Assembly: GCA_030167865.1 (NCBI GenBank)
Contig: JALAGF010003954.1
Coordinates: 1 to 64,000, forward strand
Direction: 5' to 3'
DNA from: Craspedostauros australis
Lineage: Eukaryota
Length of the DNA stretch: 64,000 nt
This document shows positions 21,130-34,300 of the stretch, piece by piece. Numbering within the stretch: the first letter of the stretch is position 1; each line of letters opens with the position of its first letter. The translations under genes were made by a program, and so were the position numbers. The notes under the pieces were generated by a model. That model ran no database searches and was not told where the DNA came from. It saw only the letters and a program-made list of their open reading frames with translations.

Positions 21130-23767
21130 TCATTGAATAACACAGCAGACCACACCAGGTGGACAGCCCAAGGCACCGGCGATTCCACCCTGATCTTGCC
21201 CGCCTGCACCAGACGAGCCGGACGTTCCACCCGGAGTCGCTTCGCCACCCTTTCCGCCCTTGATGATCTCAGCAAGCTTCTTCAGGTTGGTGGATTCTTC
21301 GAACATGAATTCGTCCGCTACTCGCGCGCCGTACGATCCTTCCACGATACCCTTGAACTGAGAGAGGCTGAGACTGTCGAGGATGGTGACCAGCGCTGCA
21401 TTGGCATCGATGGAATCTGGCGGAAGAGCGGTGATCTTGGAGACGTCCGTCTTCAGGCGCTTCAGGATCTCTTTGTGGCTCAGCGCACGGATGGCCGCCA
21501 CGCCCGACGCGTCCAGCGCCTTCGGTGCCGTTGCCATGACGACGCCGTCGTTTTCGTCGTCGCCAGAAATTTTGCCGTCGATGAATCTCTTCTGGTACAC
21601 GATCTTCAGCGTGTTCTGGAGGAACGCCTTTCGACACCAGGCTCGCGCGATTTTGCCGCTCGACGTTTTGGGCACCGTTCGCGGTTGCAGGAGCACAATC
21701 TCAGCAACTGACAGCGAGTGTTCCTGGTTGACGACTCCACGCACTTTCTCGGCAAGGCTCTTGCAGATGGCATTCGCTTCGTTGCTCGGCGGCACGTCAC
21801 GGAGTTCCATGATGAGAGCGACTTCCTCCCCACCTTGGCGTGTCGGGTCGATCGTGAACGCGGCGGAGCATCCCGATCGCAGACTATCCGAGCTCTCCTC
21901 AGCCGTTGCCTCGATATCCTGAGGGTAGTAGTTGCGACCGCCCACGATGATGAGGTCCTTGAGTCTGCCGCAGATAAAGAGCTCCTTCTGATGCATGAAA
22001 CCAAGATCGCCAGTTCGCAGGTACTCCACATCGTCCATGCCTTCTATCGTTGCATGGAAGTCGTTCTCAGTCTCCAGCTTCTTGTGGTAGTAGCCAAGTG
22101 CCTTGCTCCCGGAGTTGATCCAGATCTCGCCGACCTCACCCTCGCCGAGCTGCTGACGTGTGTGCCTGTCCACAATCCGCACATCCACGCCCTGAGAGTC
22201 CGGATATCCGCAACCGACTAACGTGGACTGCGTGCCATTGGCCACACCTGCCTTGGAGAATTCCTCCATGACGACCTTGCCATCAACTTCCAGTGATTGT
22301 TTGGAAACGGTGATGATCTGCTGTCCACCAGAGCAAACGAAGACGGTATGTTCCGCCAACCCGTAGGTCGGGAAGATTACCTTTCCCAGGCCGAAGGGAC
22401 CGAAGCATTGGTAGAACCGCTTCATACCATCTTCGTCTACCGGCTCTGCTGCATTGATGATGTGCCGAACGCTCGACAGCTCCAAAGGTCGCTCAGCGTA
22501 GTTGTCCTTGTGGAACTTGCGGGCTGTGAGCTTGAAAGCGAAATTTGGTGCCTGCAAGTGGGTGCCTCTGTACTTCGATACGGCTTCAATCCACAGCATC
22601 GGCCTCTGCACGAACGATATGGGCGACATGTAGTATCCACTTCCACCGCAGTACAGCACACCCAGGTACGATCCGATCAATCCCATGTCGTGGTATTGCG
22701 GCAGCCACGAGACCACCACGGTGTCAGTCTTCGCTTTGAGCTCCGATGTGATGATCGTGAGGTTGTGTGCGAGGTTGCCGTGCGAAATCATGACACCCTT
22801 CGGCTCCGATGTGCTGCCCGATGTGTATTGCAAAAACGCGATGTCATCTGCGCTGCTCTGGACAGGCTCCGCTAGCTGCGCGCCAAACTTTATTTGCTTG
22901 TCATCCGTCGAGATCCACTTCAGCTCCGGCCATGTCGCAACCTTCTTTGTGAACCGTGTGATGGCATCTCGAATTCCTGTAAATATCAAGGATCTCACCG
23001 TGAGGTAAGCACGAATGCAGCGGTGTGAGTCATAGCGACATACGACGATTCAAACGCGCAAACTCAGACGCATTCATCAATCCACACACTGTCTTACGTA
23101 CCTGCAATCTTCTTGATGTGGTTGTATTCTGCACTTGTCAGCGCGAATTTGGCGTCGCAGCTTTTGGTGATTACGGAGAACATGTTGAGGGTATCTCGCT
23201 TCATTGGATTTGGTGGGAAGACGGGCACTGCAATGACACCGACCTTGAGACAGGCAAGGAATGCAACCATGAACTCCAGCGAGGGAGGGTACACCAGGAC
23301 GGCCCTGAATATTTCAAGACGGTGGTTCCATTGGCAATGGTCGTGATGGGAAATACAGTGTGAAAGAAGCAACGCAACAGACAACAGAAAGCAGGGAAGG
23401 GTTAGCTGTTTGTTCGTTGACTGTCGTAGACTGTCATTGACTTTCGTAGACTGTCGTTGAGTTACAAACACTCTACCTCTCATTCTCTACCTCGAACCTT
23501 GTTGCAAACACAGATGAGCATCTCAACGAAAGTAGACACAACGCATGCATCACCGTACCTGTCGCCTCTTTTCAAGCCAGAGCGCTGCAGATGCGCAGCC
23601 AATCCTGCCGTGCGCTTGTCAAGCTCATCGTATGTGTACGTGCTGGAGATCTTGCCAGCTTCCGGACCAGGTGTGATGAAAGAGAACGCCTGCTTGTTCG
23701 GAGCATTGGCAACTTGCGTCGCGAATCGATCCAGCAACAGGTCCACCCCATTGCTTCCGTTCGACAT
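21130..23767 (-). CDS. Fatty acyl-AMP ligase (FAAL)-like adenylation domain fused to an acyl carrier protein, ending in CaaX; exons 23767-23559, 23304-23102, 22976-21130
   Basis: AFLQYTSGSTSEPKG, SWLPQYHDMGLIG, YGLAEH, FAAL-type insertion before LVGCG, LRTGDLG, GRLKDLII.GGRNYYPQDIE, PKTSSGK; carrier motif LDSL; C-terminus CCVIQ*. Both introns are in phase. Confidence 0.9.
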
Positions 23768-24069
23768 GATGCTGTTGATGTTGAGATTGATCCGGTGAGA
23801 GTTATGGGCCTGCGTGTCGCCAGCGGTTGTGGATGGTATTCAATGCAGGCGCATCCGCATTGTTGTGTGCGCCACAAGGGGTTCCATCAATCGGATCGCT
23901 TGGGCAGGTCTCCCTCTTTTGTTTCTGATCGTGGGCCAAAATGGAGCAACAGCGTTGTCACCGTTGTCGTTGATGTACGCCGTTATCGCCGTTATCTTCC
24001 CCGTTTCCCAAATTTTTGAAAGATTCCGCGGGAATCAACTCTCGGTTCATCCGTGATTCGATCCTTCAC

Positions 24070-25662
24070 TCAACTTGTACTGTGGAATTCATACCGCAAT
24101 CTCGCCGCTTGTTTTTCGTTGGACCATTGATGGGTCGATACGGAGCTCTTGCTGCTCTCAGGAGTTCCAACGACGAGCATCCTCACAATATCTGCATCTC
24201 CCAGATACGCGGACCATCGAAAGAAGCTGGACGATGCAGTTCCGATCAGTTCTTTGCGTGCCTTGGCGAGAAAGCAAAAATCTTGAATTGCGGTTGGATT
24301 GGAGATCACGCGCGTCACAAATCCTCGTTGCTCAAGTGAGGTTTGGATATCCTGCACGATGTGGTTGTTGTAACGGCTCGCAATTGCTATCTTGCTGCCT
24401 GGTGGAAGCGATCCGAACACCTTGGCAGCGATGGCACTTGCATCGAGCTCTTCATACTGCGTGCCTTTGGTGCCACTCTCCGATAGCTCAGTCTCGAAGT
24501 TCCGAAAGTGCTGTTTTGAGCCCGAGTACGGAGCAAGGTGAATAGCCAGTGCATTAGAAGAGCGCGGAGAAAGATGAGATTGGAGTTGCTCAGAACAAGA
24601 CGAGAGAAGACAAGAAAACAAATCGGTCATTGGACTTGATTGTCATTGAGAATGGCGCTTTCTCGTAAGGCGAGTGTTCACCACATGTGCTCGCACGAGA
24701 CATTTCGCTTCCGGGAGACCAACAGGACACTGACTTACAAAGACGTGTTCATCATCGTCGGGAATCTCTTTGCAGCATCCAGCCTCATCGATGCGAAATT
24801 GTTGGCGAATTGCGTCGAAATGCAGGTCGACAAAGAGTTCCACATTCATGCTCGTCAGAGTGACGAATGGAATTCGCAGTTCTGCATCATCCGTTGTCTC
24901 ATTCCTGCGATTTGCAACAGTCGGAGATGTCGTGGCAGGATTCTGCAAAGCTTCGGCCATTCTTCTCACATGTTCCAATGCAAGATGAACCTTGCCTTCG
25001 TCATCGCTGTTGACCATGGCCCTCATCGTGGGATCATCCAGGGATGATCGACGCTGCTCTTGTGATCTGCGTTTGTATTCATCCGAACTGATGGTGCGCC
25101 AATCCCAGGACCGCAAATTTGGAAAGCACCGTCGCATGATCTGTCTCGTCCCGACTGCAAGTTGCTGCTTTGCGAGCTGGTCTTTGCGACGATTGCGCCC
25201 GGACCCGGGTCCTGCCCCATCGTGGGAGACGAGAAGGATATTCATGCTCAGCGCGTGCTGGTGCTTTGCCAATGCCTGCAATGCAAAAGCATGTGCCAAT
25301 CCATTCAAATGATTCCCCATCTCACCGCTTTGCTGCACCACAATGGAAGCCTTCAATGGCGTTGCCGTGGCAGCCACCGTGCTGCTTCTGTTCCCATCGT
25401 GTATCTGCTGGCGCACCTTCTCTGTAGTTTTGGCTGATTCGGATTGCTGCACCATACTCGGATTGGGATACTTCCAGCCTTGGCAGACGCAAAGCAACGC
25501 GATGCATGCGAATGCCCACGGCAAGCGCCGTCGCTTTTTCAATCGAGTCGTCTTGATGCCGTCGTTGGCAGTCTCCACCTTCCCGTCCCCAACCAAAGCG
25601 GCTTCCGATTGGACAGCATCATGTCGATGGCCCTCATGCTTCCCTGCAGCCCGATGCGCCAT
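24070..25662 (-). CDS. Type II membrane glycosyltransferase, GT11/fucosyltransferase-like; exons 25662-24739 and 24510-24070
   Basis: KKRRR followed by a TM (LPWAFACIALLCVC). Motifs SGEMGNHL (cf. GRLGNQ), VF|HFRNF (cf. VHVRRGD) and DFCFLAKARKELIGTASSSFFRWSAYLG (cf. NSTFSWWGAYL). Phase-0 intron. Confidence 0.7.
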
Positions 25663-26741
25663 CTCCCATTCGTTGCTTCAAGCAACCTACGGAGACTCGT
25701 CCTCGTCGTGCGCCAATTATTATTGTACTATACTCGTATCGTCGATGCCTCTCGTCTTTTCGTTTCTGGTTGTGACCTTTGGTGGGTTCTTCTCGTCTCT
25801 GCTCTTCCATGGTGTGGATGTGGGCGGCGAGCGCAGCCGAGCAGATTCTCCTGTTCGCTTGTTGTTGACATTTTGGTCATCCTTCGGGCCTCAGTCGTGG
25901 ATACGTGAGATCTAGATACTGACATTGAAACTAGAAATGAGCATCCTCTTGAATCTGCGAGGTGTGGTGTCACCATTCTCGCTGTGCTTGATTGATGCTG
26001 GGCAAAATCGCAGCGCCGAGGATGCTGTGTCCAAGGCTTGCACATTCGAACAACATGGGTGGACAATACGGCTTCAGTATTCGCGGAAGACCAAGAGTGT
26101 TGGCGGCTTCATCATCGCCATCGCCGTAGGGAAGACAGAGAGGAGGGGAAGACAGATAGGACCACCAAAGGCAATCGCACTGGCCAATGCATAACCAGAG
26201 AGAGATCACACAAGTTCCCCGGACTCGTGTGCATTGTCATCATACTTCACTACGTCCCGAACTCTGTCTCCGTTCTCTTGCTTCATCCAAACCCTGATGG
26301 CACTTTCAATGATGCCACTGGCAGTCATCATCTCTCTATGTTAACATGTTGTGGTCTGCCCTCTCTCATCTTATCTTCTCGTCTTGTGAATGCGAATGTG
26401 GACAGCCGGTGTGGTTGGGCGCATTCTCATTGCCGCTTTTGCTTGATATACTGAAAGACTAGTATGTCCTGTGAAACTCGTGACTTAGCAAAGGATTCTG
26501 AAGTGAAGTGAGAAACGTGAAAACGCATCCTTCCCGTTGCCAGAAACAACCGCACAAACGCGCGTTCGCGCCAACATCATGCCTGGGACGCTGTCACCAC
26601 AATGGCATCACCACAATACTCGCCCGACTACTCGTACTGCCACGATCATTCCACAAAACCAAACAACAGGACAAAGAGAGAAACGCCCCACACCTACATC
26701 AACAACAACCTCATCTAAATCAGGAATTGAAGAAAGCAAAG

Positions 26742-28523
26742 ATGGCGCGAGGAAGATGGCTGAGCCGCATGGCGAACAAGGTGAAGGACAAGGTGGAGGA
26801 CATCAAGGAGGATGTGCAGGAGAAGATCACGAAGGTGTCCGGCGGCGCTGATCTCGGACCAGCCTGCGAGAAGCTCAAGGCCACCAGCTCCGAATGCAAC
26901 CGCGTCGCTAACGAGACCATGGAGCTGTGCGATTCTACGAAGACGAAGGGCGATCAGATGGTCGCGTTCGGGGCTGAGATCCAGCAGACATTGCAGTCCT
27001 TCGCGGAGGGCGGCATGGACGCCTCCGTGCTAGAGACGATCAAGGATTTGACGGACGGCGACAGGCTCAAGGAGGCCATGGAAATGGGACAGCACATGGA
27101 CGATGTCGCCCTCAAGTGCGTCGACAAGAGCGTCGAGATGATCGACATGCTTGAGGATTCCATGGACGAATTGCCGGACTCGTTGGAGAAGATGATCGAG
27201 GACGCTGCTGAGAAGCAAGCCACCGACGGCGACGAGGCGCTGCTGTCGCTCAAGGATTTGGACAAAGATGTAGACGACGTCAAGACATGCATCGGCGCCA
27301 TCCAGGATCTCAACATAGCGACGGCATTCACGGTCGGACTCAAAGCGTTCGAGCAGCTGTCCTCGAAGGCGAAGCAGTCGAGGTCGATGTTTGATTCCAT
27401 CCGCGGCTTTTCTTCCGATGTCGCATCCGTGTCAGAGGACCTGAAGTCCCTCGACGTCGTGTCGCTGTCGTCGCGCGTCAAGGATGTCCTGCGCATCATC
27501 CATCTCAGCGAAGTCATGCGAAAGCTTGCGGAAGGCGCCAAGCGCATCATCGAAGTGGTCATCGATCTCTTCAAGATCGTCGCCGAACGCATTAGCACGC
27601 TGTGGTCCGCCCTGGCATTCGCCAAGGATTGTATGTCCGATTGCGTGCAGCACATCGTGAAGGCCAAGACTCTGTGCCTGGAGGCAAAGGACAAGAGTTC
27701 AGTTCTGATGGAACGAGCCATCTCCATCAAAGATCAACTTGACGACCTGGGTGACATGAACATGGAATCTGTCACAACAGCACGCGAATTGAGCCAGGGT
27801 GGAGAGATCCAGGAGGCCATCGATCTGGCCAAGGGGATGGATGATCTGGTGCTGGACTCCACCAAGAGCGTCGCTGCCATGGTCGACCGAGTCACGGAGG
27901 GCTTTCAGAATTTGCCCGACATCCTCACGAAAGGATTTGAGATCAACGAGGCTGGCAAGGAAGACGACGATCCGGAGCCTGTTGATGTGGAGGAGAACAT
28001 CACTGATTTGGAAACCGCCAAGGACGCAATCGACTCGTCAGATATCTTCTCGGCTTGCAAATCGAGCGTCAGAGGATTTTCCTCCGTTCAAGACAACACT
28101 TCCACATGCAAGGACTTGTTGGGTTCGGTCGAGGTCTTCTCAAAGAACTGCGATGGCACCATCACCTCCTTCATGAGCGTCTGGGATTTGGAATCCGCAA
28201 TGACGAAGATCAAGGAGATGTGCAGACTCGTGAGTCTCGGAGAGCTGATGAAACAATTCGCCGACCAAATCAAGAGGCTGCTGTTGGCCATCATTGCCTT
28301 GATGCGTTCCACCATCGACAAGCTATCGTCGTTGGATGTCAAGGACCTCGGTTTGGATGACATCCAAGATGCGGTGCAGAACGTCGTCGGCAATGTCGCT
28401 GATGTGTCGAAGATCACGGAAGGTGTTGGCAACCTCGTCGGTGATGGAGTTGCGGACAAGATGGATGATGCCATGGACAATATTGGAGGGAAATTCAAAA
28501 AGTTTGGCGGTCTTTTCAAGTGA
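26742..28523 (+). CDS. Hypothetical all-helical protein with two ~249-aa internal repeats, 593 aa
   Basis: Long intronless ORF from ATG 26742 with coding-like codon usage. Internal duplication is visible by eye (MELC/KTLC, MDD, LPD.L). Confidence 0.85.
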   Translation: MARGRWLSRMANKVKDKVEDIKEDVQEKITKVSGGADLGPACEKLKATSSECNRVANETMELCDSTKTKGDQMVAFGAEIQQTLQSFAEGGMDASVLETIKDLTDGDRLKEAMEMGQHMDDVALKCVDKSVEMIDMLEDSMDELPDSLEKMIEDAAEKQATDGDEALLSLKDLDKDVDDVKTCIGAIQDLNIATAFTVGLKAFEQLSSKAKQSRSMFDSIRGFSSDVASVSEDLKSLDVVSLSSRVKDVLRIIHLSEVMRKLAEGAKRIIEVVIDLFKIVAERISTLWSALAFAKDCMSDCVQHIVKAKTLCLEAKDKSSVLMERAISIKDQLDDLGDMNMESVTTARELSQGGEIQEAIDLAKGMDDLVLDSTKSVAAMVDRVTEGFQNLPDILTKGFEINEAGKEDDDPEPVDVEENITDLETAKDAIDSSDIFSACKSSVRGFSSVQDNTSTCKDLLGSVEVFSKNCDGTITSFMSVWDLESAMTKIKEMCRLVSLGELMKQFADQIKRLLLAIIALMRSTIDKLSSLDVKDLGLDDIQDAVQNVVGNVADVSKITEGVGNLVGDGVADKMDDAMDNIGGKFKKFGGLFK

Positions 28524-29001
28524 CGGATGCGTTGTTCCATGGCACTCGCACACTACTCCATGTGGAGTCGACCTGTAGTGTCGGAGGCGAAACATTAGGT
28601 TGCGTTACCACAGATCGTGCACCACTCGTATACTAGGTTTCCCAGTACTCGTAAGATGAGAAGTATAGCCTCCCTGACAAATAGTACGGAAGGCAACGAT
28701 CATGATCTGAGCGGAAGATTGTGGTGACGCCAAATAGCTGTTCATGACTTTGGTAATCACGGCTCGTACCTGTACTCGGGCGGTTGATGGCTTCGTCGCG
28801 ACATCTTGCGCTCTCTCTAGATAGGAAGACTGTCTAGTATGATGAGATGATTCAGACTGTTCGACTCAACCGAGTGAGACGCACATTTCCATCTCCCTCC
28901 AAAAACGCAACATGACAAACTGGCGCCACAAAAGTGGATGACGGTGGTACCAACTACTGCGAGTACGATTGTACGCATCCCTCATCAATTGAGACTGCAC
29001 C

Positions 29002-30924
29002 ATGGCGGATTGGAACTTCCATGGAGACGCGGACGCACAGTTCCTGCTCCAGCATCCTCGGTGCACGTCGGAAGCTCCATTGGCATGCGGGGAGTACGAT
29101 CGCGCCGAAGCATGGTGTCGGGATCGGATTCGGGAGGGTGCGGACTTTCTCTTCGATCGTCATTTGTTCGAGTGCGAAATCAATGACGCTTCGATGAAGC
29201 TGGGCATCCACCATCAGTCACTGCTGTCGCTATTGCGCAATATTCACGTTCATCACGTCAAGATCACCGCGCCGAAGGTGAGAGGTGGGATCTCGTGGGC
29301 TGCAACATCCAACAGCAGCGGGGCTATTGCGCAACGTGGCTTCGGAAACACCAAGCAGGGATTTCAAGACACACGAAATGAACAAGTTGGACAGAAACCA
29401 ACGTCTACTCCTCAGACGAACGTGTACCAAGCAATCGTTGGCGAGTACCAATCGGGAACATCCCTGCATGAGCTCGCAAAGTCCATCAACTTCCCACCCT
29501 ACTTGCTATGCCGATATGTCGTCGAACACGTGACGAGCCTCTCTGGTGGCAAAAAGGCAATCACGGCTGCAATGAGAAACCCCATCGATGTGCTTGGCAC
29601 CACCGACGACGTCCTGCTGCCGCAGTACAGATCATCGGAAGATCATCACTCAGGGATTGTGCAACAATTGAAAGAACCGGGTGGTGATACGAGTAGTACG
29701 AAGTGGAAGGGCAGGATCGATGACGTTTCGCGTTTGGCACTTGAAGTGCAGTTCGCCATCGACATGGATCCCATGTACGGTCCGCGCCATGACCGGCAGC
29801 GCCACATGGTTGGCATCGAGTACGAAGTGGTGTTGGAGCAAAAGTTGGCAGAGATGAACTTACCGTTCGAGACAGAGACAGACCTGCGGGAGCGCGGCAC
29901 CTCGCGAACGCCCGACGTTGTACTGAAGGTCCCTATCGCAATTCGTGTCGGTGCGCCCATCTCGCGATCGAACAGCTCTCGCACGATATCGGGCAACCAA
30001 GATCAGCGAGAAGATCAGCGGAGAGGTCTGAGCAAAGCTAGTATGCAGCGATCATCGGAAGAAGCACAGGTTGGAGAATGGAAGCTGGTGTCGTGGATCG
30101 ATTCCAAGGTACGTCCATTCACAAAACAATACGATCTTGCACTTTGAGTCAAAAAGTGGAGCAGTGAAGCAACGGAACCTGATTCCTTGGTCGCAGCGTA
30201 TTGCGTTGTGCTTTCGCACTGTCCGCATTGCTTCTGCTTGTACTCATACTCCACACCCAACTCACACATCACGCCTTCATTCATGCAAATGACTCAAATG
30301 CACTCGATTCGACAGGCAATGTTCGGAGATGTTGGAACCCACCTTACGGACGTTGTACCACAGGCTGAAAGTTACGTGCATCGATTTGGACCAGGTTTAA
30401 TACTGTATTGGTTCGGGCACGCACCGTTGGAACGACTAACTTCTTCTTCTACTACTGATGCTGTTGCTGTTGCTGCTGCTGCTGCTGCTGCTGCTGTGGC
30501 CGACAACGCGTCGTGGCACTCGCAATCGCAAACGAACAACCATCACTCGAGACCGGCAGGGTCAGCCGCATCACTAACTTCATCAACGCAGCCCTCTGTC
30601 ACGAATCCATCGGTTGCGCAGGAAGAAGGATCAGAAGCAAAGGTAGAATCTGCGACACAAACGCATCACGAACGCTTGCAACAAAATGGAGGAAATGCAA
30701 GTTATCCGAACAGACATCAAGTCAGAAACACTCACGACGCTCGCTCATCGCATCGTTGGAATCACGAGGCACGGCAGAAAGAACGCGCAAGCAAGGATGT
30801 CATAATACTGGGTTGGGATCTGCCGCTCGAATTCATGGTACCGAGTGGGGAGATACGGACACGGCGATCCATCAACGACATTGCGACGTCATGGTTGCAG
30901 CGAAAAGTCGCTGCAAATCCTTGA
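29002..30924 (+). CDS. CDIN1: CDAN1-interacting nuclease 1 (C15orf41-like, PD-(D/E)xK); exons 29002-30108 and 30316-30924
   Basis: DPMYGP, GIEYE..L...L, FETETDLRERGTSRTPDV, WIDSK|AMFGD, QAESYVHRFGPGLILYWFG. Phase-0 intron. Confidence 0.88.
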
Positions 30925-31389
30925 AGGAGTTAGTGGAATCGCTGTAGGAATATTAACAGGGATTTCAAAAGTCTGGAGAAGCAGTCCTATTTTGTGGAAC
31001 CTCGCACAACAAGTATGGACGTATGGGTTGGAAAGCAGATCACTGTCTCTAGTTTGGCGCATTGCTATCTACGCTGATTCGAGTCAATGGAGTCAAAGAT
31101 CACCTTTGCGTTGTCCAGAATTTCATGCCACCTCTTGTCGTGTTGGATTTGCTGTCATGGCAAGATTTGTTGCCTCCGCCGTGTGGAATCGAGAAGGATG
31201 GAAGCAACAACGAGGGAGAGCAGAAGGACAAAACCCCAAACCAAAGTCACACAAACACACACATCACCGTTTGCGTCACTTCTTGTCATAGAACAGCTCG
31301 TGTGAGACAAAGCAAGAGGAAGTCGTTCATCGCCACACTGCTGTTTCGGAATACATTTCGATATAATACAGTTGGAGACTTGAGTGACC

Positions 31390-34300
31390 ATGGCGTCAAT
31401 CAACAAGCTCTCCGTTCGTGGAGTGAGGTCGTTCAGTCCTGATGACAAGGAGCAGGTCAGTGTCAAGTCGAATGGATTTTGTGGTGGATGAGGAGCTGGC
31501 GGAGTTGGGCAGCGCTCCAATCTATGGTGGTGATGCTACTCGTGGTTCATTTTTGTCCTGTCTGTTGATCCAAAATTGACGATGATGATAATGATGATGA
31601 TTGTGTGTCATGGTTTCATGAATCCCTCCCTCACATCGCTCGTATCCCTTCTTGCTTGCCTCCATGCTTCCCTCTGTTTTTCCTTCTCTCTTTCACCATC
31701 TCGCCACGCAACTCCACGCTGAAGGTGGTTGAATTCTACTTCCCTTGCACGATCATCGTTGGTGCGAATGGATGTGGAAGTAAGTGACGAAAATGATGTC
31801 CTGCTTGTCCACCTGCGCGCTCATGAATCGCATCACGCGCCTTGTTCGGATTGCGTTGTGGACAATCCTCTCTCACCATACTGTTTGCAATGTATTCCGT
31901 TCATCCATGTTGTCAAACTGCAACACACATCCCAACATCATGCACATGCATATTGGTACGAACTCGTGCCACGCATCATGAGACAGAAACGACCATCATC
32001 GAAAGTCTCAAGTTCGCAGTTTGCGGCGCCTTGCCACCCGGCAACAGATCAGGTCAGGCATTCGTCCATGATCCCAAATCGATCGGCCACAGCGATGTCA
32101 AGGCCAACATCAAGCTGCGCATCACCAACAAGGCAGGCAAGCCGATGGTGGTTGTGCGTTCCATGGAGGTCAGCCAGAAGAAGACGAAGATGACATTCAA
32201 ACAGCTGGATGGTGTGGTGCGAACGACCGACGAGCAAGGCAATAGGCAAGCACTCAGCCACAAATGCACCGAGCTGGACAGTATCATCCCGACGTTGCTC
32301 GGCGTTTCGAAGCCGATTCTGGAACACGTGATCTTCTGCCATCAGGAGGACGCGTCTTGGCCATTGCAGGAAGGCGCAGTGTTGAAGAAGCGGTTCGATG
32401 ACATATTCGATTCCACGCGATACTCGAAGGCTCTTGAAGTATTTTCCAAACAGAAGAAGCAATATACATCGCAAGCCAAAGATTTGAAAGCGGACGTCGC
32501 CAGCTTCACCTCCCACAGACACGCAGCCAGAGGGTTTCGACAGGAGATCGAGAAATACGCCGATCAGATCGAGGAGCTGCAGGACAAGATGGACGCCGCC
32601 AAGCAAGGATTGAAAGACATGAGCGAGGAGCGCGAAGAGATCCTGAAGGAGTTGGAAACGGCGGAGGAGTCGCGCCTCATCATCGTGCAGCGCAAAAACG
32701 AGCTGGGAAATTTGCAATCCGTCGTCGCTAAGCAAAGAGAGATGATCCAGGAGGACTTGTCGAAGTCGCATACGGTAGTCGAGCTGAACGAGATGCTGCG
32801 CGACTTCGGTCAGCAAATGACGGACCAGCTCGACAAGAAGAAGGAATTCGAGGACGAAATTCAGCACAGAACAAAGCAGGTGGAAGCATTCCGACGTGAG
32901 CAGACGAATTTGCGAGAGCACACGGGACGGCTCAAAGCCGAGAAGTCGAGCCATGACGCCAAGCTGCGTCACCGATACGAGAAGATGGTGGAGCTGGGTC
33001 AGAAGTACAACCTGGAATCGGCGCTTTCCCAGCTCTCGCAGACACAGCTGTCGCAAACGCAGATGTCCTCATTCGCTTCCGCGTCGTTCGCGGCAGACGC
33101 ATCGCAGGTCGATGCTCCCACGGACGAACCGCTTTTGGAGATCAACGAAGATGACATGCGAGAATTCTTCCGTGCCATGGACAAGAAGAACGACGAGTTC
33201 CAGGACGAGCTGATGTCTCACAAGAGCAAGTACCAGCAGCAGGAGGACCAGCTGCAGAACTTGCTGGCGGATCTGCAGGGACGCCAACGTTCGATCGAGA
33301 GCGAAAGGGCGAAGGTGCACAAGGAGCAGAGCGACGCCCGCAAGGAGCTGCAGAAGATATCCCAGCAGCTCTCCACCAAGTCGCGTCTCCGCAAAGCGGA
33401 CGTCGAAGATGCCAAACGAAAGGCGGTCCAGCACGCCAAGGACAGAGATGCCGCGAACAACGACCCACGCCGCATCCAGATCCCGACGGAAATTCGCAGC
33501 GCCGAAGACAAGATTCATCGACTGAAGGGCGAGATCGAGGATGACCAGATCGCTTTGAAGGATTTGCGCCATTCCGCCGAGGCGCAGAATGCCGTCGCAG
33601 TGTTGAAGGAGCAAAGCGTGAAAGATCTCGACACGCTTGATGAGATCATCACAGAACAGGACGCCTCGCTGAAACGATTCAACATAGCGGTCCCTTCCGA
33701 ATTGCCAGGATTGGACGATGATGCGAATGGTGACAAGCTCAGCACGATCATTGACAAATTGGTGGACGCCGTGTCGTCAAAGTGGGAAGCACTGAACATG
33801 GATGCTTCGAAGGCCAATGACGAGGTTTCCCGTCTCGTCCGCATCGTTTCTGAGAAGAATGCATTCGTCACGCACAACAAGCATAATCTCTCCGCGAAGC
33901 GAACTCGCATGGTGCAGCTGGAGAATGGCGGCGTGGCGACAGTGCGACAGATCGTCGCGAAGATGAAGCAGATGGAGAAGAGCCTCGGTATTTCCAGCCC
34001 GCACGTGGACGAAACGAAGCCGGATGAGCTGATGGCGTACATCACAAAGCGCATTCAACAGCTGGACAGCGAATCGATGGAAGGCATTGGACCAGAGACC
34101 GTGAAGCGCATCATCAAACGGCTTAAGAGGCTGAGCAAGACCAACGCCATCGGACGTGACTGCTTGCAATGCCCGTGCTGCGCCAGGGATATGGACACGG
34201 AAGATCAAGTGCGCCAATTCGTGCAGCAGATGGACGTCCTCATGGCAGCCGAGTCTCCGCTGATCAAGGGCGACGAGCAAACGACCTCAGCGCTGCCCAA

